This document shows, one piece after another, positions 11,473-22,843 of a stretch of DNA of 64,000 nucleotides. Position 1 is the stretch's first letter. Each line of letters starts with the position of its first letter. A model generated the notes under the pieces. It saw only the letters and a list, made by a program, of their open reading frames with translations, was not told the origin of the DNA and searched no databases. The DNA comes from Zancudomyces culisetae HAW-14-8 (lineage: Eukaryota > Fungi > Kickxellomycota), in contig JBNJNM010000013.1 of NCBI GenBank assembly GCA_052426225.1, positions 1,922,001 to 1,986,000 of the forward strand, read 5' to 3'. A program made the position numbers and the translations under genes.

Positions 11473-13920
11473 CTATGAGCTACAGCTACACTTGGAATTT
11501 AGCCCTCCATATTTGGAAGCCAAGTCAGTTTGCTCTTGTTTTTCTAGAGAACCTGAGAAAATAGTGGCACTGACAGATGAATATCGAAGCGAATTTGGAA
11601 ATAAACGCGATTCTTGGTCTGTTGTGTTGTCTCCTTTGCGTTTCTGGTATACCTCATCGCAGTTATCGTAAGCATGCTTGGTTAATAACGTCAGTGCCTC
11701 ATCTATCAAAACACCTTTATCAACATAGTTGGAATTAACACCGTCTTTATTCTCGTCAATTAGCTTGTTGGTGTTGGAAATAATATATTCTGCAATCCAG
11801 TTCCGCAGTACGTATTGTGGGTTGATTTTATCAAGTTTTCCAACAATTGCATTAACTTTACCTGCTGTAGATTGATGACCATTGTTGGTTGGGGTGCACG
11901 AAGAGTAGAATTTTTCTAACTGAACAAAGTAAATACCTTCAAAATAATCCAGGACAGCTTTACACCGGCTTTTCAGCTCTTGCTGAATGTCTTCTTGGGT
12001 ACTCTCGGGTTTTTGTTCATTATTGTAAAGAAAATAGCGTATAATCATTTCTTCAAGGTTATTTCGAAGATGTTTTAGCTGTTGTTTATCTTGTAATCCG
12101 TCATCGTTAGTATCGACTCCAAAAAGTCGGTTACCAGAACCGTCGCGATATTTTAAAGCAACTATTTTACTTAGGTTTCTGAATGAATTTGTGAAATCCA
12201 TTTTTTGATCCCGCATCAAACTCAAATATGGTGTTACCACTGTTTCATAAATATCCTTTATACGTTCCTTTACCAGGACTTTTTCTCCATTTGCAGTATT
12301 ACCTTGCTTTTTCTGAACGCCATCCACCTCACTACTCTCCGTACACTCACCAGCCTCACCAGCCTCACCAGTCTCACTAGTACCACCATACAGCCCCGTA
12401 AGCTCTGTAAAAAAGCCCATTTTTTTTACCATAATCATTTGGTACTCATCATTATAGATCTTTCCGTATGTATTCAATATGTTTGTGACAACTTCAATGG
12501 TTTTGGTGTTTTCTGGTGGGTTTACACTTTCAATCAAATCATAAAGACTATCAGTCAACCGCATCAAATTCCACAATACAATTCCAGGTTGTTGTTTGTA
12601 TGAATACCTTCCCGATTCATCAGAACTATTACATATATATTCCGGATCGTAAATATCCATAAACGCAAAGGGTCCATAGTCTAACGTAAGCCCCAACACC
12701 GACATGTTATCCGTATTTAATACACCATGACAGAATCCCAGGGATTGCCATTTAGCTACCAATTTTGCTGTGCTGGAAACGATCGTCTGCAACAACCTGG
12801 CATATACATTCGATTTCATAAAATCAGGCTCATTGGTTTCCACATTGTTGCTCTCATCTTTGTTTAGCAAATACGGATAGTGCGTTCTGATTACATAATC
12901 AGCTAGCTCACGTACACCATCCGTATTCTTGTTTTTGTCATCGATAACCCTAGCAAGTTCAAACGAACCAAAACGAATAAATGAAGGTGATACACGGCAG
13001 ACAACTGCGCCATGCTCTGGTTCATCCGATTCACGATAGACATCATTGCTACTCAGCACCAGTGATAATGACCTTGTTGTTGGAACCCCAAGGCTATGGA
13101 GGTTTTCCGCCACCAGATACTCTCTAATGCTGCTTCGCATCACCGCACATCCGTCACCCATCCGTGAGTACGGTGTCTTCCCACTCCCTTTTAGCTGGAC
13201 TTCAACAATATCGTAGGCATCTTGTGGAGTTTTTTTAGATTCCAGTGTCATTTTTTGTGGTTTCTCTACTTGGAACAACGAGGTTGCTCGTCCATCACCT
13301 AATTGGCCAGCCCAAAAACCAAATTGATGACCACCATAGTTGTGTGCCCATGGGAAAGTTGCTCTTTCGTCAACCTGTTCTGTACTACTATCTTTTACTT
13401 CCAAAACTTTGTTTCCGCACAACAAATCCGTCAAATCATTTACAAAAATAACACACTCACGGTTGGATCGGTCATCGCTGAGCTCTGAATCCATACTTTC
13501 TCCCTTTCTTTGGCTTTGTAAATAAGATTTGTACTCGTTTATTTTTTCGTTGATGTATTTTCCGTCAAGACCAAGTTCGTCTGAAGCACATTCGCTGTTA
13601 AAACTAAGTAACGTTGGTTCAACTTGAAAGGCGGGAACCACATAACTCCAAAACCCGTGTGGCTTATCTTTACTCAATATCAGCCTAGAAGTCCTCGATT
13701 GCTTGACAAGCTCATCGTACTTTTCTCTGATGGTATTGTAGCTCTGATCCTTTTGAGGCTTGAACATGAGTTTATCCTCGTTTATACTAATTAGCCCCCC
13801 TGTTCCATTTTCTGCTGTCAAAAAGGTGAGCGGGCTCCTTGACTGCAAAGGATCACCATGCAATTCTTTGAGTATCTTGTTATTTATTTTCAAATGTTCG
13901 AAAAGCTTAGAAACAATCAT
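11473..13920 (-). CDS. FMP40: Protein adenylyltransferase SelO/Fmp40/YdiU (Cys form)
   Basis: YGGHQFG..AGQLGDGRA, QLKGSGKTPYSR, RSSIREY, IRFGSFE, HGVLNTDNMS, DYGPF, NPQYVLRNW; C-terminus CSCSS. Confidence 0.95.
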   Translation of the reverse strand: MIVSKLFEHLKINNKILKELHGDPLQSRSPLTFLTAENGTGGLISINEDKLMFKPQKDQSYNTIREKYDELVKQSRTSRLILSKDKPHGFWSYVVPAFQVEPTLLSFNSECASDELGLDGKYINEKINEYKSYLQSQRKGESMDSELSDDRSNRECVIFVNDLTDLLCGNKVLEVKDSSTEQVDERATFPWAHNYGGHQFGFWAGQLGDGRATSLFQVEKPQKMTLESKKTPQDAYDIVEVQLKGSGKTPYSRMGDGCAVMRSSIREYLVAENLHSLGVPTTRSLSLVLSSNDVYRESDEPEHGAVVCRVSPSFIRFGSFELARVIDDKNKNTDGVRELADYVIRTHYPYLLNKDESNNVETNEPDFMKSNVYARLLQTIVSSTAKLVAKWQSLGFCHGVLNTDNMSVLGLTLDYGPFAFMDIYDPEYICNSSDESGRYSYKQQPGIVLWNLMRLTDSLYDLIESVNPPENTKTIEVVTNILNTYGKIYNDEYQMIMVKKMGFFTELTGLYGGTSETGEAGEAGECTESSEVDGVQKKQGNTANGEKVLVKERIKDIYETVVTPYLSLMRDQKMDFTNSFRNLSKIVALKYRDGSGNRLFGVDTNDDGLQDKQQLKHLRNNLEEMIIRYFLYNNEQKPESTQEDIQQELKSRCKAVLDYFEGIYFVQLEKFYSSCTPTNNGHQSTAGKVNAIVGKLDKINPQYVLRNWIAEYIISNTNKLIDENKDGVNSNYVDKGVLIDEALTLLTKHAYDNCDEVYQKRKGDNTTDQESRLFPNSLRYSSVSATIFSGSLEKQEQTDLASKYGGLNSKCSCSS

Positions 13921-14514
13921 GTTGCTTGGAAAGAAATTGGAAAATGTTTAAGGATTGTTGAGAATAAAAAACGATGCAGCTCCCTGTTTTTTTTATACCC
14001 CCACCCTTCCCTCCTCTCCTCCCACAAATAAAGTTGAGAAAAAAAATCCAAATCACAACCTATAAATTTACTGAGAATTTTTGAGAAGCCAATTTACATT
14101 TCTGCACATGATGCTGGGTAATGGCTCTGTTTTAGCTCAAACTTCGCTACAAATACTCTGTTTCTTTTTTTTTACGTTCATTTATTGTTGATTAGCACCA
14201 GTAAAAACTATCTACACATACTACTCATTCATGCACCTTGTCATCCTCACTTATACTAAATCAATGCCTTCGAGGTTTATTTCAACTTTAAATACAGCTT
14301 TAGTAATATGTGGAGGAAAAATACAAAAAACATTGCGTAAAAACAAAAACAGTGCAGGGTGATGCCGCCGTTCTTAGCACATGTTGAAAAGGTATTTTGT
14401 GCACATGATGAAAATCTGGTACTAAACACTACTATATTGATAACGATGACAAAAACAGTAATAAACTACTAAAAGTGTAATGGTGAATGTAGACATATGA
14501 ACTAATGAAAGTAT

Positions 14515-15648
14515 CTAAATTTCGCCTATGAGCTTCTCAAGTAGCAAAGACATATCTTTAAGCCGAGTAGATGGTGCGCTGCTAAATGTAAAACCAGTAG
14601 GAGTCATAAGATGATCTTCTTCAACCGGCAAACTTGGAGGACGACCCTCCACTTCGGCCTTGGCAGCATCATAAGCAGAAGGCAGTTTTTCGTCAGTCGC
14701 AGAGGTGGTCACCAGACTGAGGCAGAGAACTTCTAGATTGCAATGGCGTGCAACTTCAACCTCGGGGATTGTACTTGAACCCACAACATCACCACCTAGC
14801 ATACGCATGGCTCTATATTCCGCCCTAGTTTCATTGGCTGGGCCTGGTGTGAAGCAGTAAATGCATTCGCGAAGAGACATCTTTCGCTTTTGCAGCTCGG
14901 GTGAGGACAGCCAGGTCTTGAAAAGCATTTTCCGAAGTCTAAACGAATATGCATCAGTCATATTTATAAACCTGGGTCCCATTTGTGAGTAGTTTGGTCC
15001 AATAAGAGGGTTAATACCACTAATGCTAGGCAATGAGATGCTGTCCTCAATTACTCCGATATCGCCTATCTTGATGTCTGGATTCAGCGACGCTGAGGCA
15101 TTCAATACTATTTATTTATTTTTACGTTTATTCGAGCCTTTATACAAAAGGGTAGCGCAGTTGCTCCACTGGGTTTTTCATTCATAAAAACAAACCAACA
15201 CTTACCTATCATTATTTTTATGCCAAGAGTTTTGAGCACTCTCACAGGGTAAGTGATTTGTCGTAGCGTATATCCCTCATAAAAGCGACATCTTCCAATG
15301 AGTATAACCACGCTTGTGTCACTAATTGTACCGAATACTACCTTGGCGGGGCTTTTTGTAAGAACTATTTTTTTAAAGACATATTCCCCATTTTAATTAT
15401 TAACATCTTTTTTTTGTTTTTCTGTTATTTTGAGTTGCTTGTAATATGATCATCACATTACCTGTACTTTGGACAAACCCTGGTATCTCGGAAAACAGCA
15501 ACTCTGTAGTATCCTTCGTATACTCCATAATGTTTTTCATTCCAACATCGCTTAATATGGCAATCTTTGGGACAAAACCTTTGGGTAGTTTGTCGACAAT
15601 ATACTTGCGTGTCTCTTCAATCTGTGATTCGTCTAGTTTCTCAATCAT
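14515..15648 (-). CDS. Divergent purine nucleoside phosphorylase paralogue, probable pseudoenzyme; exons 15648-15462, 15364-15206, 15107-14515
   Basis: EIPGFVQST, GRCRFYEGY, NPLIGPN..MGPRF, GPANETRAE, VGSSTIPEV..ARHC; introns 15461-15365 and 15205-15108 are GT-AG and keep the frame. Confidence 0.85.
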
Positions 15649-17449
15649 TTTTCTTATTTCTGTTAAAATTAGGAATGCTTATATTTGAATTGCTATTGCC
15701 TTTGGGTTCAGGGATTTTGCAGCTAGAATGAGTATGAAGGTTAATGTTATATATTGTTAAAGTGATTTTATTAGTGGGGTTTAAGAAGCTAACACTCTCG
15801 CCTAGTAGCGGAAATTTATCAAACACCAAAGTTATTGCATTGTCTTCGAGCGTTTGAATACCTTGTTTTTCGTTATTAATTATATTAGGGTGCTAGAACT
15901 GATTTAATTATTGAAACAGAGACCCTTACGAAAAATTTAAATTAAAAGCAAAGACTATATTAGTAGAACTCACCTTGGTAGTAAATGTAGAATGCTGTTA
16001 GGCCCGGAGTGCTTATTAATCTAATACTTTCTTCGTTTCAGGAATACTTTTAACTTGCTATACAGCAACCGACAGAATTATACTCTAAAGGATTAGTTTT
16101 CCACTTGTTGAATGGTGGTGGGACCGTACATATATTTGTTTGACTTTTTTCGGATTTATCTATTTATATTACGTATAATAAAAGCCCGAGTAAATTTGTG
16201 ATAAACTTACAAATGGAATGCATATATACCCAAAAAAAACACTTTATGCTAGAGAAATGGCGCAAAAGTAAAGCAGGAAAATAAATTAGGATGCAAGGCT
16301 ACGCAAAACAACAGGGCCTTTCTTTTTTTTTTGCAAAAGAATGTGGTAATGGGTGGGTAGTCAAATTGTCAATTTCTCCATTATTTTTGCCCATCTCATT
16401 CTATAGTCAAACATTATTCGGAATATGATAGAAATAAATAGCTTATATTCCTTTTCTCCAAAAGCAGATTATTTTCCTGATTGTTCGATGAAGAAACCTT
16501 ATACCATCTGTTAATAGACTCCTAGATGCAAATATCAACTTGGTCTAAACAGTCTTATTTCCGGGCTGCCAACTCAACTGCGAATTTTCTAAGAATAGCA
16601 GCACAAACTACCCTCATCTTTTTTTCAGAGGATAGTAGAGCCACAGTTAACAATTAGAACCAACTGAATGTAATTTTTAACCTTGTAGTTTCCTTTTTTG
16701 GTTGCTGAGCTCCCCAACTACCATTCATATAGTTAGTAAGTTAGATTTCGTAGTTCGCTTTTACTTCATTTCTGTCAAAATATACCCCCTCCATTCAATT
16801 ACTAATCAAAAATTAATGTGTATAAATTATCCAAATCCCAAACAAACGCCAATCAGTATATCCAAACTAAATAGACACAAATCGATTCATAACACTTAAT
16901 GTCACAAATAGCGAACAACTATTGCAAGTTGTTATGAAATATCTCTAGTTTTTGCAAAAATGTACACTTAAGGGATGAAATTGTTTTGAATTGCAGATAT
17001 TCCTTTGCAGGTTATCGTTGGTTTCTCGTCCCATTTTTAAGTCGGTTGGTTGATTTTTTTCTTCATTGTACTTTTACCAATGGTTGGGCCTTGGGAGAGT
17101 GAGAGGGAGAGGGTAAAGAGTTTGGCATCTTCCTGGTGTTGAAGTGTTGAGTTTGCACAACCTGCCTTTCTCGGTATCTAGATTACATATAAACAAAGGA
17201 ACAATGTATACCTTGGGTGCTTGGACTCTGTTTACCTAAGCAAAACATAGGCGGCCCTAATATATCGTCCTCCATCAACTGACAAACACAACCCATATGT
17301 ATAACTAGAATGTGTATAGTGGTTAGAGATACCAAAATAATAAAGACATACGCCCAGGTTTGTTTATTGTGGAGTCAAAATAAATAAAGAGCAAATAAAA
17401 AACATTGCCTCTTTAATGGATACACTTAAAACCATAAAAAAAATGCAGA

Positions 17450-18536
17450 CTAAATGTTGGCAACAATATCCTTAACCAAGATCTGGAGATCAAGGGCACG
17501 AGCAGCGGCGGCAGCCAATACCTCTTCGTGGGTTGTCTCGGCGACCTTGACTTTAGCTACTTCCTTTCCTGCTCTTTCATCTCTAACAATATCAAGAGCT
17601 CTTGCGGGATATCCATATTTAACAATGTCGGTAACCAAGGAAAATGCGAGTACTTTCATCCCACACTGCTTGGCAATGACTGCTTCAGGAACAGTTGACA
17701 TTCCAACGACATCGCACTCCATCTTGTTCAACATTCTGCATTCAGCATCAGTTTCATAGCAAGGACCAACAATCCATGCATAAGTACCTTCACGGAGAAC
17801 CAACTTGCGTTCATTAACCAAGTATGGGTTGTCCAACCATGCACGAACTGCAACCTTACGAAGCTCAAGAGAGTAGACATCGTTTACAGCTGGGAATCGT
17901 GCACCGAACTCATCGATGTTTCTTCCAACAAGTGGGTTTACTCCCACAAGTCCTGGTAGTGAAACGTGATCATTCAACAACATCACGTCACCAACATTGA
18001 ATTCCTGGTTGAGACCACCAGCTGCATTTGTTACAATTAATGTCTCTACACCAAGGAGTTTAAAAACTCTGACTGGGAGTACAACATGTTTTTGGTGGAA
18101 TCCTTCGTATGAATGGAAGCGGCCTTGCATTATCACTACACGTTTACCAGAGAGGGCTCCAAAGACCAACTGACCGGCATGACCCTCGACTAATTCAGTT
18201 ACATTGATAAAAAAAATTTTTTTGTCACGTTTTTATTATTTTTCACGATGATATTACCTTGTTCAAAGGATATAAGCCAAGCTGTGGATTTTCAAAAGGA
18301 AAAAAACCCCCACAGTTGGGAAGACATATAAGGCAAAAAAAAAACATACCTGTGCTCTTGACGAATCCTGGGATCTCCTCGTACCTGATTGTTACTCTTT
18401 CCCCTTCAATAGTGTCAGCTAGTCCTCCCAGACCACTTCCACAGATTATAGCAATCGAAGGAACAGCTTCTTTTGGGATCTTGGATCGGATGTAGTCAGC
18501 TGCTTGCTGGTAAATTTCAATTGAGTTGAGTTCCAT
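17450..18536 (-). CDS. PNP1: Purine nucleoside phosphorylase (trimeric type); exons 18536-18350 and 18189-17450
   Basis: IICGSGLGGL, STVEGHAG, QGRFHSYEG, TNAAGGLN, GPCYET, VGMSTVPE, HEEVL; intron 18349-18190 (GTATGT...TAG). Confidence 0.95.
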
Positions 18537-19884
18537 TGTTGCTTGCAAATATTTCAAAGTCAAAGTTAATAACTATTTCTTAGCCTGAACTTTAGGTGGT
18601 ATGTGGGAGGGAAAAAAAGGCATCTGAGAATTTCCAGCTATTTATATTGAAATTCAGCATTGGTGTTTCCAACTTTTTCCATCCCTTTCCCATTTGCAAA
18701 TCAATTACAATTTTTTGTTAATTTTTAACACAGCTCTTCTCTTTTTGTTACTTTTAATTCGTCTTTTTCCACCATTGCCCAAATTGGGATCTGGGTTTTA
18801 TTAAACAAATAAAGCGTGATTTTATAAGTCTGGCTGATGAGGGGAAGGGGGATGAAAGCGTGTATGGCCCATTTTTTTGAAAAAAAATTTTCACGCCAAT
18901 TTGAGCATGAATTTTGGAAAAGCTAACGCATTTAAATGCGCGCTTTAGAATCTTAAAGCGATAAATGCAGTTCTTGTTGCATATCTTTGACTGTGTGGTG
19001 GGTGGACACAGCTATTATAATCGGAGCGAGATGCCTTTCGTCCAAGAGTTTCAAGTATAAACAAATTAATATAGCACATGGATCCTCGTTTTCAAACTAA
19101 TATAGTTCAGGAGGTGCTATAATACCCAATTTCTTTATAAGATCATAACAAAGTTCTTTAATTGCAGTGTTTAACATGTTGTGAAAGTAATAGCCATAGT
19201 TTGGATGACGACAATATTTTTTACATATGATCAGAAGAAATATACAAAGACACAAACACTTTGTGAAGATAATTCCAAAGCCGTCCTCTTGGTTCTTTTT
19301 TTTTTCTTTTCTAAAAAGTATAAAACGGAATAAGACAAGGAAGGGAAAAAATAGCTACCCGATCCTTTGTGTAGCACCCATGAGAGTAGAATTTACTTTA
19401 GAGTTTGATCCAAAACCAACAATAGCCTCAATGCTAAGCCAAAGACATAGAATATTTTTTTATTCTCTTATAATCAGACCATGATTCAAGGAATGCTTAT
19501 TTTTATCTTTAGCAGATGTACTCGCTTCGCTCCCCCTTCTACTGCTTAAACACAGTACTTGGTTTGGTTGTTTAGGACTTGAGTATAAGATAATCCTTGA
19601 ATATTCAATGAGCTCAGCTAGAGTTCTTCGAGTCATAAACACATATTCTAGTTATATAGAAATGACTATAGCCAAAAGTATCCAATAGAGCCCAAAAATT
19701 TTTAATCCAACATTTTAACCAATAGCTTTATAGATTTTTATTGGACACTCTTTTTCACGAAGAAAAAAAAAACGAATCTCGAATAGCTAGTAAAAAGAAA
19801 AAATAGAAATAAAACTAAATTAAAAGTAAAAGGAAAAGTCTCTTTTTTACAAACTCACGAACTTAGAGAACGAGAATAGCAAAG

Positions 19885-20997
19885 ATGGTAAGTATATCGG
19901 ACACTACTATATTTATATTCCTACTTTGAATGCTATCAACTGTGGTACAGCCATTTGTATAAACTGTTTAAGGTTATAACTCCCTGGCGGCTTTGAATAT
20001 TGCTCGGATAAATGAAAAATATTTTATAATCGGGGGGCCTAAATTCAGATTCGAGTATTTATTGTCATACTTATAATTAAGAAAAGGCTGAATCCGAGAT
20101 TATTGTTTGTATAAGATGTGAATCTGGGAAGGGGAAACCAACAGAATTACACAAATAGCAATGTACTACTGTACTTTCACTGCGTATACTCTTTTTTTCA
20201 CTATTAGAGATTCATCATCTCGTATACAATATGTGCTTTTGTGGTTTTTGCAAGAGATTAAGATTGCATAGATATGATATATGCTGCGTATGGAAATACT
20301 TATTGAATTGATACTAACACAAAACTATTTTTCGTTAAAATATATAGTCTTTGGTTGTTACCGACAAAACTCAATTCCAACACATTATCCGTTTGCTCAA
20401 CACAAACGTTGACGGTAAACAAAAAATCGTCTATGCCTTGACAGCAATCAAGGGTGTGGGTCGCAGATACTCCACAATGGTTTGCAAGAAGGCTGATGTC
20501 GATCTAGAGAAGAGAGCCGGTGATATGACCTCAGAAGAACTCGAGCGTCTTGTTACCATTATCCAAAACCCACTCCAATACAAAATCCCAACATGGTTTG
20601 TAAATCGTCAGAAGGATATTGTAACAGGAAAATTCTCACACCTGGTTTCCAACGGTGTTGACAATGCTTTGCGTGAAGATCTTGAACGTATTAAGAAGAT
20701 CAGGCTTCATCGTGGTCTTCGTCACGCTTGGGGACATCGTGTACGTGGTCAACACACCAAAACCACTGGCCGTCACGGACGTACAGTTGGTGTATCAAAA
20801 AAGAAATGTAAGTTTGTTTTATATGTCTGTACACACTTATATACGCTGATGACTATGTTATTATTCTTACCTACATTGTCCGAACAAGCACTTTGCTTTT
20901 GCGGATATTTAACTAACTGACTATATTTTTGCTACAATAATGTGTTTTTGTATTTAATGTATAATTATACTAACTGTCTGTTTATCAACGTTTAGAA
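19885..20997 (+). CDS. RPS18: 40S ribosomal protein S18 (uS13); exons 19885-19887, 20348-20807, 20996-20997
   Basis: [50 protein letters not shown]. First intron follows ATG|GTAAGT; second intron T|GTAAGT...TACTAAC...TTTAG|AA splits the TAA stop. Confidence 0.96.
20840..20926 (+). ncRNA. Intronic box C/D snoRNA, U34/snR62-like
   Basis: Box C TGATGA 20847-20852; guide CTTACCTACATTGT 20866-20879, complementary to the conserved LSU rRNA stretch ACAAUGUAGGUAAG; D' CCGA 20880-20883; box D CTGA 20917-20920; flanking ATATA/TATAT stem. Confidence 0.8.
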
Positions 20998-21282
20998 AAT
21001 GCCTATTCTCGGTCCTTGGCAAGATTTATTTGTTGCTTTATTTCCATTTTTGCTTTCTACTTTTGTTTTAATTGTCTAATATATATAAACATTGTTTTTA
21101 AATAAAATGATATACATTTGGTTTATTGTTCAGTACACAAGATGGGTTTTATTTTATTGATATACAAAAACATAAACAATCTAACGTATTCGATACACAT
21201 TCCTAGTTATTTACCATGTCGGGATGGTACATATGTGTTGATTAGGCCTCAGTGATTAAAAAGGCTAAAAACAAGAGTCTTA

Positions 21283-22330
21283 GTCGCTGGGTATGGAGGT
21301 GAAATGTTCGGCATGTCTGAAGCAAGGGTAAAACCGATACAGCAAGCCGTGGACAACACATTAAGAATAGCCATGGGAGTGGGCAGATCGACATGCATGA
21401 GGAGATTGCGAGAAGAATTAAATATAACAGATATTTATAGTAGAACGACCAGAGCTAGAGACAGAGCATTCCACAAATGGAGTGGCATGAAAACATGGAT
21501 AGCAGATTTAATACAGAACCCCTTCAAACACTCGAAGGACACTTGGGTCACAGGGTACACAAGGTGGTCTAACAGATTCAACAGGATCAAGATTGATAAT
21601 GTACCAACCGGAGAGGTAAGAAAAACCAAAGAGACACTCGAGATAAACAACAGGCTGAAAGACAAGTCGAATATTACAAAGTGGATAAAGGAAGTTGGAG
21701 CAGGCCGACAAAGGAACTGGGTCGACTTACAAGCGGCTTTTCCACAGTACATGAAACACATTCTTTTCGTAGGTCGAATTCGAATAGGTCAATTTTGGAC
21801 CGCCACGAGATTAGCAAATTCGGGTTTTATAGATCCAGATTACAAAGCCAAATGTCCGTTCTGTAAGAAAGAAGAAAAAGAAACAGTTGAACATTACCTA
21901 TTAGATTGCAGCAGATGGGACGAAATTAGGAAGGATTTACTTACTGAATTTATAGATTTTTATAGTTCTTTTTTATCTAGCACGATTTCCGAGTGTGTTG
22001 AGCTTCGCAGGAAAATCGTGGGTAAACTCCTGGGGGAGGAGTTAAAGCTCAAACTACCTGGGATTCTTCGGGATCCAAACGCCACTTGCGTTAGAGCAGT
22101 GGTTTCCACAGCCCGGTTTCTTAACGAGACCTTTTTACCTCGCTACCTAGTGTTGAAAGACATTAGTGTAGTCCCACTCCCCTTGAACCAATGCCCATCG
22201 GGTACGGAGACTCTAGAGAGTCGAAGGGGAATAGGATGAGTTTAGATTATAGATTGTTTTTATTTTTTAGGAACTGTTTATTTTCTAAATAAATTTTTTT
22301 TTCTACCGAAAAAAAAAAAAAAAAAAAAAA
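21283..22330 (+). mobile_element. 5'-truncated LINE copy A with poly(A) tail and target-site duplication
   Basis: Near-identical to 27387-28431; TSD (AAAA)ACAAGAGTCTTA at 21267-21282 and 22327-22342. Confidence 0.95.
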
Positions 22331-22345
22331 ACAAGAGTCTTATCG

Positions 22346-22418
22346 GAATAGCCATGGGAGTGGGCAGATCGACATGCATGAGGAGATTGCGAGAAGAATT
22401 AAATATAACAGATATTTA
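22346..22418 (+). mobile_element. 5' part of an older truncated LINE copy, interrupted by the full-length element
   Basis: Matches internal ORF2 sequence at about 27469-27541; the same sequence resumes at 28432. Confidence 0.9.
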
Positions 22419-22843
22419 ACTTACTGAAATTTTGAAAAAAAATTTATACACTATAGTACTTCATTTTTTAAAAATTGGAAAATATAGCGATATCGACTAT
22501 TGACAGCGACTAAAATCACACAATATCTTAAATAAATTAATACCTATAAAACAAGCCTAAAAACATTAAAAACCATAAGAAAAAAAAAGATATATAGCAA
22601 TAAGAAAACATAAGAAAAAACATAAAAAGATAACAAAAAGATAACAAAAAAAGTTATAAAAAACCCAAAAAACATAGTAAAAAGTACCCAAAAGGTCATA
22701 AAAAACTCATAAAAAACACGTCTAAACCGAGATTAGTACTGATCTCGACACATTTAGTCCAACTGAACATAAATCTAAACCTAAATCTACTAAATTTAAC
22801 TGACCTTAAATCCAAAAAAACCCTAAGAAACGTCTGCGAAGAT

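Noticed and set aside
19888-20347. Possible H/ACA snoRNA in the long first RPS18 intron (CAGATTC/GAATCTG pairing)
   Set aside because: I could not establish two hairpins with H and ACA boxes by eye; it needs an Infernal or snoGPS search.
20351-20920. RPS18 with a long hydrophobic C-terminal extension
   Set aside because: Artefact of reading into the intron that splits the stop codon.
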